From the NCBI GenBank assembly GCA_964016885.1, contig OZ024747.1, positions 24,552,001-24,616,000 of the forward strand: a stretch of DNA of 64,000 nucleotides. Direction: 5' to 3'. The notes under the pieces were generated by a model. The model made no database searches, was not told the origin of the DNA, and saw only the letters and a list, made by a program, of their open reading frames with translations. Positions 10,930 to 23,909 of the stretch are shown in pieces; position 1 is the first letter of the stretch, and each line of letters opens with the position of its first letter. The DNA comes from Eledone cirrhosa (lineage: Eukaryota). A program made the translations under genes and the position numbers.

Positions 10930-12799
10930 ACATAAATTAAGTAATATTCATTCATTACTTTGAATAAATAATGAATGAATATTACATAATTTATGTGCTA
11001 AATTTCGTGGCTGTTGATTAAATATATTTTATAGCTTATTTAAAGATCTTTAAAATTCAATTCTTTAAAATTATCAAATGTCAACACTTCCGGTTAGCGG
11101 CCGTTATATTATAACACCTATATTCGCATATATTTCCGTCGCTAATTTTCTCCTAATGCAGTTTATATATAATGTGTTTTTTTTAATATATCATGGATTA
11201 CTGATTACAGAAGACAGTGTAACATAGGCTTTGTTCAATTTCTGTGTATATTGTCAATTACGATTTTATTTGATGTATCATATTTACATGCATATACATT
11301 TGTGTATAATATCAATATACACACTACACATGCTAGCAGAAAACCACCCAAAAGGTGGTTTTTCTGCTAGTATATTTAACAAAGAAAGTGTGGTAAGGAA
11401 CCAGGTGGACCATAACGCACCAGAGTACTCAATACTTTGGATAGTAGAGTGGGTCCTGGCTCTTTTCCTATATATATTTATATATATAAGTTTCAATAAA
11501 AGCTATACTATGATGACAAATGTTTTCATCCTCTTTCCAGAGTTTTGTATAAAAAAATATATATATTTAGTTCTTTTACAGAATTTTTTAGATTTAATTC
11601 CTTTAATTCAGATATTATATCTATGTGAGTGTGTGGATGTGTATGTATGTGTGTGTGAATGTATAAACCATCATCATTGTTTAATGGCTACTTTAGCAAG
11701 GGTTTGGACAGGTCTACACAGACCAAATCACTACTGAAATGAGGCTACTGACCTCTCAGAGAGGGCAGAGGAGGGTGACACACCTTGCTTACTTACAGTC
11801 TCATGTTCTACTGTTCTACCCTGAGAGTGCATAGGAGGGGGTTGTCATGTTTTTAACACAACTGAAGTGTCCTCTTGTTTGGCAAGTTTTACAGCAGGTA
11901 AAGCTGTGTTTCTCACATCTGTGTGTTGCTGTTGTGGTTTGTCCTACATCTGTGAGACAAACCACAACAGAAACACAAACCCTCCATCTCAATGTTAGCT
12001 TTGAAAATCATAAGAACTGTGAAACCGGTAAAGTAAATAAATAAATATTCTTAAAAGACTCCAGTTGCATTTCCAATTTCTTTTCCTTATATATCATCAT
12101 CATTATCATCATCATCTATATATATTATAAGAACAAGCAAAGAATCGCTGCTTTCACTCTTAACGGGATCTTCTGAAACAAAAAAAAAAAATCAATCTGT
12201 GGACACAGAAGTAAATATTTCGAAAAACGGTGCAACCGAAGGAAAACAGGAAGATGATACTTTGGTTTGTGAAGACGTCCCTGTGTGTTGAATTGTTGTA
12301 AATGTAGAGGGACTGGAAATGGTAGTTGAGAATTATTGTAAAACTATTAACTAGTAACTCATCTGTACACTGTGAGGCGGTCAATATATATATATATATA
12401 TATTTTGTTCCGGTTTTAGTCATACGACTGTCCCCATGATGAGGCACCCCTTTCATTTAGTCAATCATATGAACTCAGTATTTATTTTTTCAGGTCAGGT
12501 CTGGTATATATTTTATTGATCACATATGACATAAACACAGACATAGATGTAAACATAGATATGGACACACATATAAAAAGATGCACATTTATATATATAT
12601 AATCATCCTCATCATCACTGTTTAATGTCTATTTTACATGCTTGCCTGGGTTGTATGAGATGTATCTTGCCCTAAGCAACACCTTCCTCAACCTGCTATC
12701 CTCTCTCATCCACCTCCCTTAACGGTAACCATACCTCCCTACTACCCTGTCCACATCCTTTTGCCCCAATCCCCTCCACCCTCCCTAGTTCCCACTGTG

Positions 12800-13038
12800 T
12801 TATGTCGGTGACACAACAAAGGTGCCCAGTCCACACTGTAAAGAACATCCAGCCCACACAGTAAAGTGATCGTGTAGATGTCACGACAAAAAGTACCCAG
12901 CACACACTGTCAATGTGGTTGGCGTGAGGAAGGGCATCCAGCCGTAGAAAACCAGCCAGAAACTCTCCTATGTGAGCGAGATACGGACAAACCCATCTAA
13001 CCCATGCTTGCATGGAAGATGAACATTAATCGACACTG

Positions 13039-13040
<2 letters not shown>
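12800..13040 (+). mobile_element. RTE-tail fragment
   Basis: ggaagggcatccagccgtagaaa...ccatgcttgcatggaagatg. Confidence 0.7.
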
Positions 13041-13069
<29 letters not shown>

Positions 13070-13266
13070 CATTCATACATATATTTTTTGTATGCATGTG
13101 TCTCAAAATGCTGCATTTGCAACACTCCAATCAATAAATAATGATGTAATCAGGATCAAGCACTCAACGTCATAAGTATCCTTTCAATTCTGATGTGGTA
13201 GTCCATGATGGAGTATATGTACAATAATGATAAAAGTGGGAAGGCTAAATATTCATAAATATTCAG

Positions 13267-13961
13267 CTGCTACTACTACTACTGCTGCTCCTGCTGCTGC
13301 TGCTGCTACTACTACTACTGCTGCTCCTGCTACTACTACTGCTACTACTGCTTCTACTACTACTGCTGCTGCTCCTGCTACTACTGCTGCTACTACTACT
13401 ACTACTATTGCTTCTACTATTACTACTGCTGCTACTACTACTACTGCTTCTACTACTACTGCTGCTGCTGCTCCTGCTACTACTGCTGCTACTACTGTTG
13501 CTTCTACTATTACTACTGCTGCTCCTGCTACTACTGCTGCTACTGCTACTACTGCTCCTGCTACTACTGCTGTTATTGTTACTACTCCTGCTACTACTAC
13601 TACTACTACTACTGCTGCTCCTGGTACTGCTACTGCTGCTACTACTGCTGCTACTGCTACTCCTACTGCTGTTATTGTTACTACTACTACTACTTCTACT
13701 ACTACTGCTGCTGCTACTACTACTACTGCTACTACTACTACTACTGCTACTACTACTTCTACTACTACTACTGCTACTACTGCTGCTACTACTACTACTG
13801 CTACTGCTACTACTACTGCTACTACTGCTGCTACTACTGCTACTACTACTTCTACTACTGCTACTACTACTACTGCTACTACTACTACTACTACTGCTAC
13901 TACTGCTACTACTACTACTACTACTGCTACTACTACTACTACTGCTACTACTACTACTACT
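13267..13961 (+). repeat. (ACT/GCT)n compound trinucleotide repeat; Thr/Ala/Pro mucin-like in one frame
   Basis: About 230 triplets all ending in T; ORF 13227-14201. Confidence 0.85.
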
Positions 13962-14403
13962 GTAGGCACTGAATTTCAATTTCGACACCCGCATGATTTG
14001 CTAAATTTGAACCTTCAACAGAACATAAAGTTGCCAACCTACAACATAATTTTCTGCTTCGTTGATGAGTGTATACTTACACGAAACCTGAGATTTCGTG
14101 CTTTCAAAAGAAATGTATATATATATATATATATATTTACATGTATATTAAATGTGTATGTGTGTGCACATATGTGTTCGTGTGTGTGTGTGTGTGTGTG
14201 AGGCTGTGCATGTGCATGTGTGTGTATGTAGATTGCATGTGAGTGAGATTATCATGTAACACACTCTACCACCCTTACACAGGCCAGTATGGAGCACTCT
14301 GTTTACATTTCTGCTGTGAAATAGAATATACCAAGATAGATTTTTATGTAATATAAATAACAGATTATACTCCCGACACTAGTTGAACACTTTAACTTAT
14401 AAC

Positions 14404-14594
14404 TGGTTCTACTATAGGCTCAAGGCCAGCAATTTTGGGGGCAGGGAAAATTGATTAAATCAACCCCAGTGCATTACTGGTGCTTTATTTATTGACCCCG
14501 TAATGATGAAAGGCAAAGCTAACCTCAGCGGGATTAGACCTCAGAACGTAAAGGGACGTAACTCTATGCCACAAATCATGTTGTCCAATACTGC
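14404..14594 (-). mobile_element. Diverged family A SINE
   Basis: aaggccagcaatttt...gatgaaaggcaaagctaacctcagcggg. Confidence 0.75.
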
Positions 14595-14984
14595 TAAATG
14601 CCCTGTAGTGAAAATATTAGTAGAAAATATTTAAAAACATGTTTGTTAATTGAAATGTTAGTGGACAGATCTTTGTGAAAAGTTGTAGTAAAGACTATAA
14701 TTTCTCGTGTGATGCAAGAAGGTCTTGCTAATGTAATTTCATACAGTACAGGGCATTAAGAGTTAGTGTAGAATCAGGAAATTTAATTGTAATGGGATTC
14801 CTCTTATATCCAGTTTCTCTCTCAGCTTATTTGTGCTCCTCAGTTGTTCATGCATACTAACATTTTACATCCAACAAATTAGGCTCACTTAATTTATTTC
14901 AAGCTATTCAATCACCTGCTTTCAAGATTTACATTTTTCAACCATGCAGAATCATCATACAATCTACGGTATATTTTATAGTGA

Positions 14985-15575
14985 CCTGTGCACTTTTTAT
15001 AGCACTAGCACTATCATTTTACAGAGTGAACTGGGTACTTTTTATCATAACACCAACACTATCATTTTACAGAGTGAACTGGGTACTTTTTATCATAGCA
15101 TCAGCACTATCATATTACAGAGTAAACTGGGTACTTTTTATCATAGCATCAGCACTATCACTTTACAGAGTGAACTGGGTACTTTTTATCATGGTACCAG
15201 CAGTACCACTTTACAAAGTATACTTAGTGCATTTTATTGTGGTACCAGCACTACCACTTTACAGGATATAATTGTTTCTACTTTAGGCACAAGGCCAGCA
15301 ATTACCCAGTACATTACTGGTACTTTATTTTATCGACCCCGTAAGGATGAAAGGCAAAGTCAACCTCGGCGGAATTTGAACTCAGATTGTAAAGGGACAT
15401 AACTATGCTGGAAAGCATGGCGTCCGACCCTCTACCGATACTGCCAATTTACTGCCAGGATATAATGGGTACTCTTTATCATGACACCACCACTACCACT
15501 TTACAGAGTGTAGTAGGTGCTTTTTATCATGACACCAGCACAATCACATTACAGAGAGTACTAGGTGCATTTTGT
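14985..15575. repeat. ~48-bp minisatellite interrupted by a SINE
   Basis: Unit gcactatcattttacagagtgaactgggtactttttatcata.. Confidence 0.8.
15273..15455 (-). mobile_element. Family A SINE with 11-bp TSD
   Basis: TSD caggatataat at 15262-15272 and 15456-15466. Confidence 0.9.
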
Positions 15576-15579
15576 GGTA

Positions 15580-15780
15580 TATATCTCTACCTGGCTACTA
15601 TGCTGAATGAAATTGAATGGTGGATGTGGTTAAAAGGTTTGAAAACTGAGCTTTTCCTGTCAGAGCAGAGCCTCGTAAACTTCTCAAGTACCACTTAATT
15701 AGGAAGGTGAGGGAAGAGAGAGGGTAGTGTTGCACTTTGATGGGTGAGAGGCAAAATTGGTGTGTCTGTCATTGGCATGG
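15580..15780 (+). pseudogene. L1/Tx1-like LINE 3' relic
   Basis: YLATMLNEIEWWMWLKGLKTELFL is homologous to CLVAMAKEAVWWIRLKGLKTDTFL at 29592-29774. Confidence 0.55.
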
Positions 15781-15985
15781 CTGTGTATGCCTACACTATA
15801 GCGTGGCAATGTAGGCCTTATGGCATGGTAATGTAGGCCTACACTATAGCATGGCTGTGTAGGCCTACACTATAACATGACAATGAAGGCTTTATGGTAT
15901 GGATATGTAGGTCTACAATGTTGACTCTACATTATGACATGGCTGTGCTGGCTTACAATATGGTGGGTCTAACTAGGCCTACACT
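15776..15985. repeat. ~25-bp minisatellite
   Basis: Unit atggctgtgtaggcctacactatagc. Confidence 0.7.
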
Positions 15986-16036
15986 AACTATAGATTAGTT
16001 GCAAGAGCTAGAAAGCATCTTTGCTGTATCAGATTA

Positions 16037-16235
16037 ATCTAGTGTGGTGTGTGTGCAGCCCTACATTACTCTATGTGGTACCCTCAGAGAAATCTGGTGT
16101 GGTGTGTGTGTGGAGCCCTACGTTACTCTATGTGGTACCCTCAGAGAAATCTGGTGTGGTGTGTGTGGAGCCCTACATTACTCTATGTGGTACCCTCAGA
16201 AAAATCTGGTGTGGTGTGTGTGAAGCCCTACGTTA
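16037..16235. repeat. ~56-bp tandem repeat, about 3.5 copies
   Basis: gtgtggagccctacattactctatgtggtaccctcagagaaatctggtgtg. Confidence 0.85.
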
Positions 16236-16972
16236 AACTATGGGGTGAACCCTCACCTCCAATTTTGAACTACTTGTTGCAATGTTTATTTTGTTTTTCT
16301 ATCCTGCTATTGTAGAAGTATATAACAAAAGAAAGACAAGGTGTCAAATCAACAGAGTTGTGAGAGCAGCCCATTAAAATCACCTTGACATCGTTTTTCC
16401 AATTTACTGCACTTCAAATCTTACTGAGATCAGCTTTGCCTTCCATCCTTTCTAAGTCAATAAGACACTGGAGAAGTACTCGGGTTAATTTTCTTGTTCT
16501 TTTTCTCTGGAAAAAAATCAGTGGTGGTGGTGTTGTGTGGGAGGCGACAATGAATAATTATTGTTAGATCCATCTCCAGTCCAGTCCAGTCTGGTGTTAT
16601 TTGGTCCGGTTTCATATATAAATCTTCCTTATACTGTGTGAAGGCACCAAGAGAAAAACAACGTAAGGGTGTCATTATCGTCTTCACCGTGAGACACAGA
16701 CATAAACCAATTCCTTGTATACATGAAAGAACAGCCGAACTCTCACTGTCATCGCCTCCATCTCCCTGGCCCTCCCCATCTCTCCATGTGGTGAGCAAAT
16801 GGGGTCCCATGTGCTGGCCTCCCCACAGCCCCAGCGGACAGAATGGAGAAGGCATTTCCCCGGAGGATGTTCTGACTTGATGAGGGATGGGTCCTGTCAG
16901 ATTTAAAATTAATGATGAGTTATGGGCCCATTACCATTTTCTTTTTTTTACTGCTATTGGGATCTATTTATT

Positions 16973-17115
16973 TTGGTTAAGACGTTCACTTCTCAATCAA
17001 GAGGTTCTGGGTTCTATCCCATTATGTGGAATCTTGGACAAATGTCATTTACCATGACCTCAGGTCAACCCAAGCCTTGTGCTTGAAATTGGGTGGGTGA
17101 AAACTGTGTGGAACA
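16973..17115 (+). mobile_element. Diverged tRNA-derived SINE (third family)
   Basis: tggttaagacg..., gggttctatccc B-box-like, cttggacaaatgtc core. Confidence 0.5.
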
Positions 17116-18064
17116 TGAAAGTATGTGTATGGAATCCCATCTGATGGGTGGTATCTGTAATTCAAAGAGCCAGCTTTGTCACCCATTGTATTGAAGAAGA
17201 CCACACCCTGAAATAGTCATACCCCAGGGATGTTGGGATTTTTTCATCTTGACCAATGCATAAAAAAACATGTTAATAGGTGCCTTTGGGTGCAGCCTTT
17301 TGCAATACTTAAAGTGTCATACAGGCAGAGAAAAAGGTGCTATAACCCAACCTAAACTGTGGGTTCTAATCCATGAGTGGATGGAAATCCTAAATCTTCT
17401 GTATCATCTTCATCATCATCGTTGAACGTCCAGTTTTCCACACGTTCATGGGTTAGACAGGTCGTTCATGCCAGGAGGCAAGTCTGGCCAGAGTTGGCCA
17501 TGTCACACCTTGCTCCTGCGTGGACTGTAAATTTGGTCGGGTATTTTACACGTATTTAAAAAAAATAACATTTTATTTATTGAGTGTTTTCATCATCACC
17601 ATCATTTTATGTCTATTTTCCATGTTGGCATGGATTAGATGGCTCGTTACAGACCAAATCAGTACTTAATTGGAACTAATATCCTCCAAAACAGATTGAA
17701 GGACCATATCTTATTCAGATACATTCTATTTTGGCATGGTTTCTATAGTTATATGCCCTTCCTAATGCCAACCACTTTACCAGGTGTACTGGGTGCATTT
17801 TATCATGACACCAACATAAGGGAAGTTGCCATGTCCTTGATGCAACTAATGAGTAAATTCTATCCTTTAGGCAGGGTACCCAACACAGCAAGGTACCCAA
17901 CACAGAGTGAACTTAGTGCATTAGGAAAGTTGTCTTGTCTTTGCTGCAATTAAAGTATCCACTCTACACTTTAGACATACTTTCTACATCTGGATACTAT
18001 TCCTAACACCATCCACTTTACAGAGTGTACTAAAGGCATTTTATATTTATTTAAAACACAGGTT

Positions 18065-18225
18065 TCACTTTCGAGGTGAATATTACACCAGTTTTAATTT
18101 GGAGGTGAATATTACACCAGTTTTACTTTGGAGGTGAATATTACACCAGTTTTACTTTGGAGGTGAATATTACACCAGTTTTACTTTGGAGGTGAATATT
18201 ACACCAATTTTACTTTGGAAGTGAA
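18065..18225. repeat. 29-bp minisatellite, about 5.5 copies
   Basis: ttttactttggaggtgaatattacaccag. Confidence 0.9.
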
Positions 18226-18937
18226 ATTAGTTTTTCCTATTATTCTTTGTGTTTGGAATGAATATGGCCTTCAAAACTGTCAAAAATTGGTGAAAATAAA
18301 ATTATGTAATGGAGTTGTGAAACAAAAGCTATTCTCTAGATGACATTTAAAACATTTTAAATATCAAAATATTAAAATTTCATAAATATATCTCATGAGA
18401 ATTTCAAAACTGTACCATCTAAACATAATGCGTTGATTAGCTGTCGTGACTTATAAACAGGGTTTGGATTTTTATCCCATTTCTCAGATATAAATAGGGG
18501 GCTGGTTTATATTATCAGATCAGCTTATATTCGAGTACATACTGTAAATGATATACAATTGTATATATAAACTAAAAATAATATAAAATTATATATCAGA
18601 GGTAAAACTGTATATAATAGTATATATATATATAAATATATATATACTAAAATGGTATATAAGATTTTAAATGGTATATATAGTTTGCAATAAAAGCCAG
18701 AATGTTACTTATTTTGTTGAAAAGAACAAAATAATGTGACTCTTGATAGAAATAGACAAATAAAAAAAAATTTTAAATCAAGAGATAAAAATGTGATTAT
18801 CACATTTTTTTGTTTGACTTCGTAATAAAGTAGAAGAAATGTTTTGAGAAGTGAGGTAGAAAATTGTGGTAAAAACTGATATAATGGAACAGTTGCCATG
18901 GTGACAGTAGAGATCTAGATATAACGACAATCTGGAA

Positions 18938-18998
18938 AAAGAAGGCAAAGAAAAAGAAGAAGGCAAAGAAGAAGAAGGCAAAGAAGAAGAAGAAGGCA

Positions 18999-19029
<31 letters not shown>

Positions 19030-19033
19030 AGAA
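18938..19033. repeat. (GAA)n-based purine repeat
   Basis: gaaggcaaagaagaagaa units. Confidence 0.9.
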
Positions 19034-19109
19034 AATCTAATGTTACATCATTGAAAGATTTCAATAAATTCTTCATTGTCTCAATGACCTTGATACTACA
19101 ATGCCATGA

Positions 19110-19680
19110 TTACGATATTATGATATAACAACACTATAGTATACTACAATACTATTAGAATATCATTATACTACAACACTATAGTATACTACAATACTAT
19201 GACACTATACTATTAGAATATTATTATACTAGAACACTATAGTATACTACAATACTATGGCACTATGCTATTAGAATATTATTATGCTACAACACTATAG
19301 TTTACTACAATACTATGGCACTATAATATTAGAATATTATTATACTGTGGATTGGCAGTATCGGTAGAGGGTCAGACGACATGCTTTGACGCATAGAGTT
19401 ATGGCCCTTGCCATTCTGAGTTCAAATCCCGCCGAGGTTAACTTTGCCTTTCATCCTTACGGGGTCGATAAAATAAAGTACCAGTAATGCACTGAGTAAT
19501 TGTGGCCTTGTGCCAAAAGTAGAAACAATTATTATACAACAACACTATAGTATACTACAATACTAAGGTACTATAATATTAGAATATTATTATACTACAA
19601 CACTATGATATTATGATAATATATGATGATACTATGATATTACAATATCTCAATACCACAATGCTGTTATATTACAATGA
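19110..19680. repeat. AT-rich ~58-bp minisatellite with a family A SINE inserted (19348-19530, plus)
   Basis: acaacactatagtatactacaatactatggcactat..; attattatac duplicated around the SINE. Confidence 0.8.
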
Positions 19681-19789
19681 CTAGAAATAAGTAAGCAAAA
19701 AGAACAAAATGTAGGATACAGTTAAGGGGCATGTTAAATGTTAATGATGATCTCTCTCTCTCTATCTCTCTCTCTCTCTCTCTCTGTCT

Positions 19790-20044
19790 TTATCATTGGT
19801 ATGAACATGTGATGCACATGGAAGATGACCACTGGGTGAAGAAGTGCCAGGAAATCCCAGTAGAAGGAAGACGCGGTAGAGGAAGACCACGAAAATCATG
19901 GGGCAGAGGTGGTGAGAGCTGACCTCAGATCACTGAAGCTCACGGAGGATATGACGAAGGACCGTAACGAATGGAGAGATGCTGAATAGGACCCATCCCA
20001 CCCTTGCAAGCAAGGAAAAGTGGACGTAAAATGATGATGATGAT

Positions 20045-20045
<1 letters not shown>
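19790..20045 (+). mobile_element. RTE LINE 3' fragment
   Basis: WYEHVMHMEDDHWVKKCQEIPVEGRRGRGRPRK; near-identical to 3075-3331. Confidence 0.8.
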
Positions 20046-20077
<32 letters not shown>

Positions 20078-20129
20078 ATGTATGTATATGCAATGATATG
20101 ATTGAAATAATTTTGTTTTGATCTAAACA

Positions 20130-21292
20130 TCATCATCATCATCATCTTCGTTTAACGTCCATTTTCCACGCTAGCATGGGTTAGACAGGAGTTGTCCCAC
20201 TTGAGGCAAGGTTGGCCGGGTGACCATGTCTCACTCATATAGGACTATCTGGCGGGTTTTCTACGGCTGGATGCCCTTCCTAACACCAACCACATTTACA
20301 GTATGGAACTGGGAACTTTTTACCGTGTTACCTACACGGCCACATTACAGCGTGGAGTGTGTTTTCTCTCGTGACACCTACACGATCTCGATCTCGATCT
20401 CGATCTCAATCTCATTTATTTGGACTGGATGTTGTGTACCAACTTTATAGAAAGAGGGTGGTGTTGGTGGGAGTGGGAGGGTAGGGGTAGTGGATTGGGG
20501 TGTATATTTGGTTAAGAGGTACCTGTAGGTTTCGCTTTGTACATAGGCAAGGCGGGTCTTCTGTATTACTGCGTAGCGCAAAAGGTCTCGGTCCAGTGAC
20601 ATTGTCTTAGAGAGGTGCAAGTGTGCGAGGTTGGAATTTATCAAATCGTCCCAGGTTTTCTGGGTCTACCTACTCTGTAACTACCATCAACTTTGATCGC
20701 CCTGCACTTTTTTATACAGCTGTCGTCTTTCATGCGCATCACATGGCCATACCAACGTAGTTTTCTCTCAAGTAAACAGCATATGATCCCTCTTATTCCT
20801 AATTTCTCACTTAGTTCATTTATGCTTTGCCGTTCACGTATATTACTATTACACATCCAACGGAGCATTCATGCTTCGTTCCTTTCCAGTCTGCACAGGT
20901 CCTCTTCACGTAATACCCATGTCTCACTGCCATGTAGCATTGCTGTTTGTATACAGGCATCATACAATCTGCCTTTCATTTTTAGAGAGAAACCTTTGGT
21001 GGCCAACAGCGGTATAAGCTCTCTCAACTTTTTCCATCCCGTTCTGACTCTGGCTCTGTACTTTCAGAGCACCCTCCACACTGCTGATTTCGTCACCCAG
21101 GTAACGGAAAGTGTCTACTATTTCTATAGAACCATCTGGGCAATAGAAGGGGCTAGTATCCTGTGGACACTTGCTACCTATTGCACCTGAGCATCGGCCA
21201 CATATAAAGTCTACGTTCTTAGATAGTTTACCTGTGATCCCACTACATCTTTTATGTACCCATACTTTGCATTTGGGACATAAAATTGAATT
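20130..21292 (-). mobile_element. 5'-truncated RTE-clade LINE (RT C-terminus, partial PHD-like finger, 3' UTR, (GAT)n tail)
   Basis: ILCPKCKVWVHKRC...CGRC, IEIVDTFRYLG, MLRWMC, RKLRWYGHVMRM, GRPRK; frameshifted. Confidence 0.9.
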
Positions 21293-21302
21293 TATATATA
21301 TA

Positions 21303-22179
21303 CAGGGTGCGGACGACATCTGTTCGCAATTTTCAACTGCTAATTTTATGCAAATTTTTTTAACTTCTGTTGTCACTCTTGTCTTCATAAAAACAGTGAC
21401 TATATTTCCCTTATTTATTTTCAGAATAATTGATTATGAATAATTTTGAACCTCCAAATTTGTGGAAGAGACACAGAGTTCTTCTTGGAATCCGCGCCTG
21501 GAGGACAAATAAAACCAGAAGATCAACTCCCAGAACAACAGGTGGCTCGCTGTCTCATCCAAAGACATGCCCAGAGTCATGCAGACAAAATTTGCAGCGA
21601 CAACATTGGATTAGGTGTCGTCAGTAGTCAAGGTGACATCATGCCACCTCACTTCTTCTCTAAGGGCCTCAAGCTGAACACCGATGGCTACATCCGCGTT
21701 CTGAGCGAGGTAGTAAAACCCTAGATCAACCAGGTAGCTGCAGGTAGGCCGTACATGTGGCAGCAAGACTCAGCACCCTACCATACCAGCCGAAAGACCC
21801 AAGCCTGGCTGTCAGAGTACTTCGTCGGACATCTGGCCTCCCAGCTTGCCTGACTGCAACCCCCTCGACTTTTTTGTGTGGGGCGCAGTGGAACGAGACA
21901 CCAACAGATCTAGCTGTAATACAAAAGACGATCTGAAGGCCAGGATCACAAGTGCCTTTAGGGATTTAAGTAGGGGGACAATGACGAAGGCCTGTAGCCG
22001 GTTCCGAGGCTGCCTTGAGGCCGTCATCAAAGCCAATGGCGGGTTTATCGAGTGAGATCGGAAGAACAAGTCATGAAGACAAACTGACCCAAGTTTGATA
22101 AATGTATCTTAAAAAATAAAACTACTGTGATATTTTTTCCTAGACAGTAATCTTGCGAAAAGATATCGTTCGCACCCTG
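21303..22179 (+). mobile_element. Internally deleted Tc1/mariner (maT-like) DNA transposon
   Basis: TIRs cagggtgcggacgacatctgttcgcaa / ttgcgaaaagatatcgttcgcaccctg with TA flanks; transposase remnants MPPHFF, WQQDSAPYH, PDCNPLDFFVWG, ANGGFIE with a stop and deletions. Confidence 0.9.
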
Positions 22180-22542
22180 TATATAAATATATATATAATG
22201 TGTAGATTCCCAAGTTGTGGGGAGACCACAGTTAAAAAAGGTACACAATTCATTGGTAGAGTAATAGCATCTTTATTATATATAGAAATCTATGTATTCT
22301 TCTCAGTACATTTGATTTTATGAACTGGAGAAAGTGTACCTTTTACATAAAGCAGAAACTATAAAATGATGTATGTGTATGTGTGTGTATGTATATATAT
22401 ATTATATATATATATATATATATATGTGTGTATATATGCAAACACATACACACATATATACATAAATACACACATACCATTTGTGAGACTGCCCACTTAC
22501 ATACCTACATAAGCTCTGCAAAACAATACAATGCCAAAAAGA

Positions 22543-22983
22543 TATCTGCTGATAAAACCCATCTGATCCACTTGCATAATATTCTGTATAATTGTGCCTT
22601 ATGCATATAGCCCAGTGTGCCAGAAACCACTGACAGACCAGTTAAATGATGGTATCTGCTGAAAAAAACCCATCTGATCCACTTGCATAATATGCTGTAT
22701 AAGGGTGCCTTATGCATATAGCCCAGCATCCCAGAAACCACTGACAGACCAGTTAAATGATGGTATCTGCTGAAAAAAACCCATCTGATCCACTTGCATA
22801 ATATGCTGTATAAGGGTGCCTTATGCATATAGCCCAGCATCCCAGAAACCACTGACAGACCAGTTAAATGATGGTATCTGCTGAAAAAAACCCATCTGAT
22901 CCACTTGCATAATATGCTGTATAAGGGTGCCTTATGCATATAGCCCAGCATCCCAGAAACCACTGACAGACCAGTTAAATGAA
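22543..22983. repeat. 111-bp tandem repeat, 4 copies
   Basis: catctgatccacttgcataatatgctg... recurs every 111 bp. Confidence 0.9.
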
Positions 22984-23169
22984 TTTTCACTGTGTAATTA
23001 CTGACATTGTTATTCTGTGTCTGATTTCTACATGTTTTAACATATTCTGTCAAAAGTTCTTTCAAAATTGAATCCACAGTTTTCTGTTTATCATTAAGTG
23101 GTGATCGAGCTGTTCTAGATTTATCAATTAGTGCTGCATTGGGGCAATAAAGATGATGACAAATTACTA

Positions 23170-23248
23170 TTTTATGTATATATATACACACACACAGTTA
23201 TATGCATGTGACGTGTGTGTATAAATATATATATATATATATACACAC

Positions 23249-23305
<57 letters not shown>

Positions 23306-23699
23306 AAAGGCCAAGTCTTTCTACTATCCCAAGTATTGAGTACTCTGTTGAATATTGGTCTAGTTTAATGCTGGTTTAATCCTGATATATATATATATAT
23401 ATATATATATAATACACACATACTCATATATATATATATATATATATATATGTGCATACATACATGTCTATATATATATATATATATATATACATACACA
23501 TGTGTGTGTGTATATATATGTGTATGATTATACACGTATTTGTGCACGTATATGTATGTACACACATTTATTTATATATATATATGTGCATACATACATG
23601 TCTATATATATATATATATATACATACACATGTGTGTGTGTGTGTGTATACATGTGTATGGTTATACACATATTTGTGCACGTATATGTATGTACACAC

Positions 23700-23735
<36 letters not shown>

Positions 23736-23800
23736 CCAAACATACACAGACATACACAAACATTTATCTCTTAATCTCACACACATACACACACATTCAG
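23170..23800. repeat. TA/CA microsatellite complex with a ~130-bp local duplication
   Basis: gtgcatacatacatgtcta...tttgtgcacgtatatgtatgtacacacatt occurs twice. Confidence 0.8.
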
Positions 23801-23909
23801 ATAAATACAATATGGTAACACCTAATTAGTAATCTAGAAATGTTTTCTTGTTAAGTACAGAAAGATGTGATGGAGAAATTATCAAATTATCAGCTTTGTT
23901 GTGATAATG

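Noticed and set aside
10651-11170. Possible Helitron-like element starting tcttaactataataaag
   Set aside because: Only the 5' motif is suggestive; no 3' hairpin/CTRR end found.
22505-23191. 228-aa ORF with 37-aa repeats
   Set aside because: Product of a 111-bp tandem repeat, with no recognisable domain.
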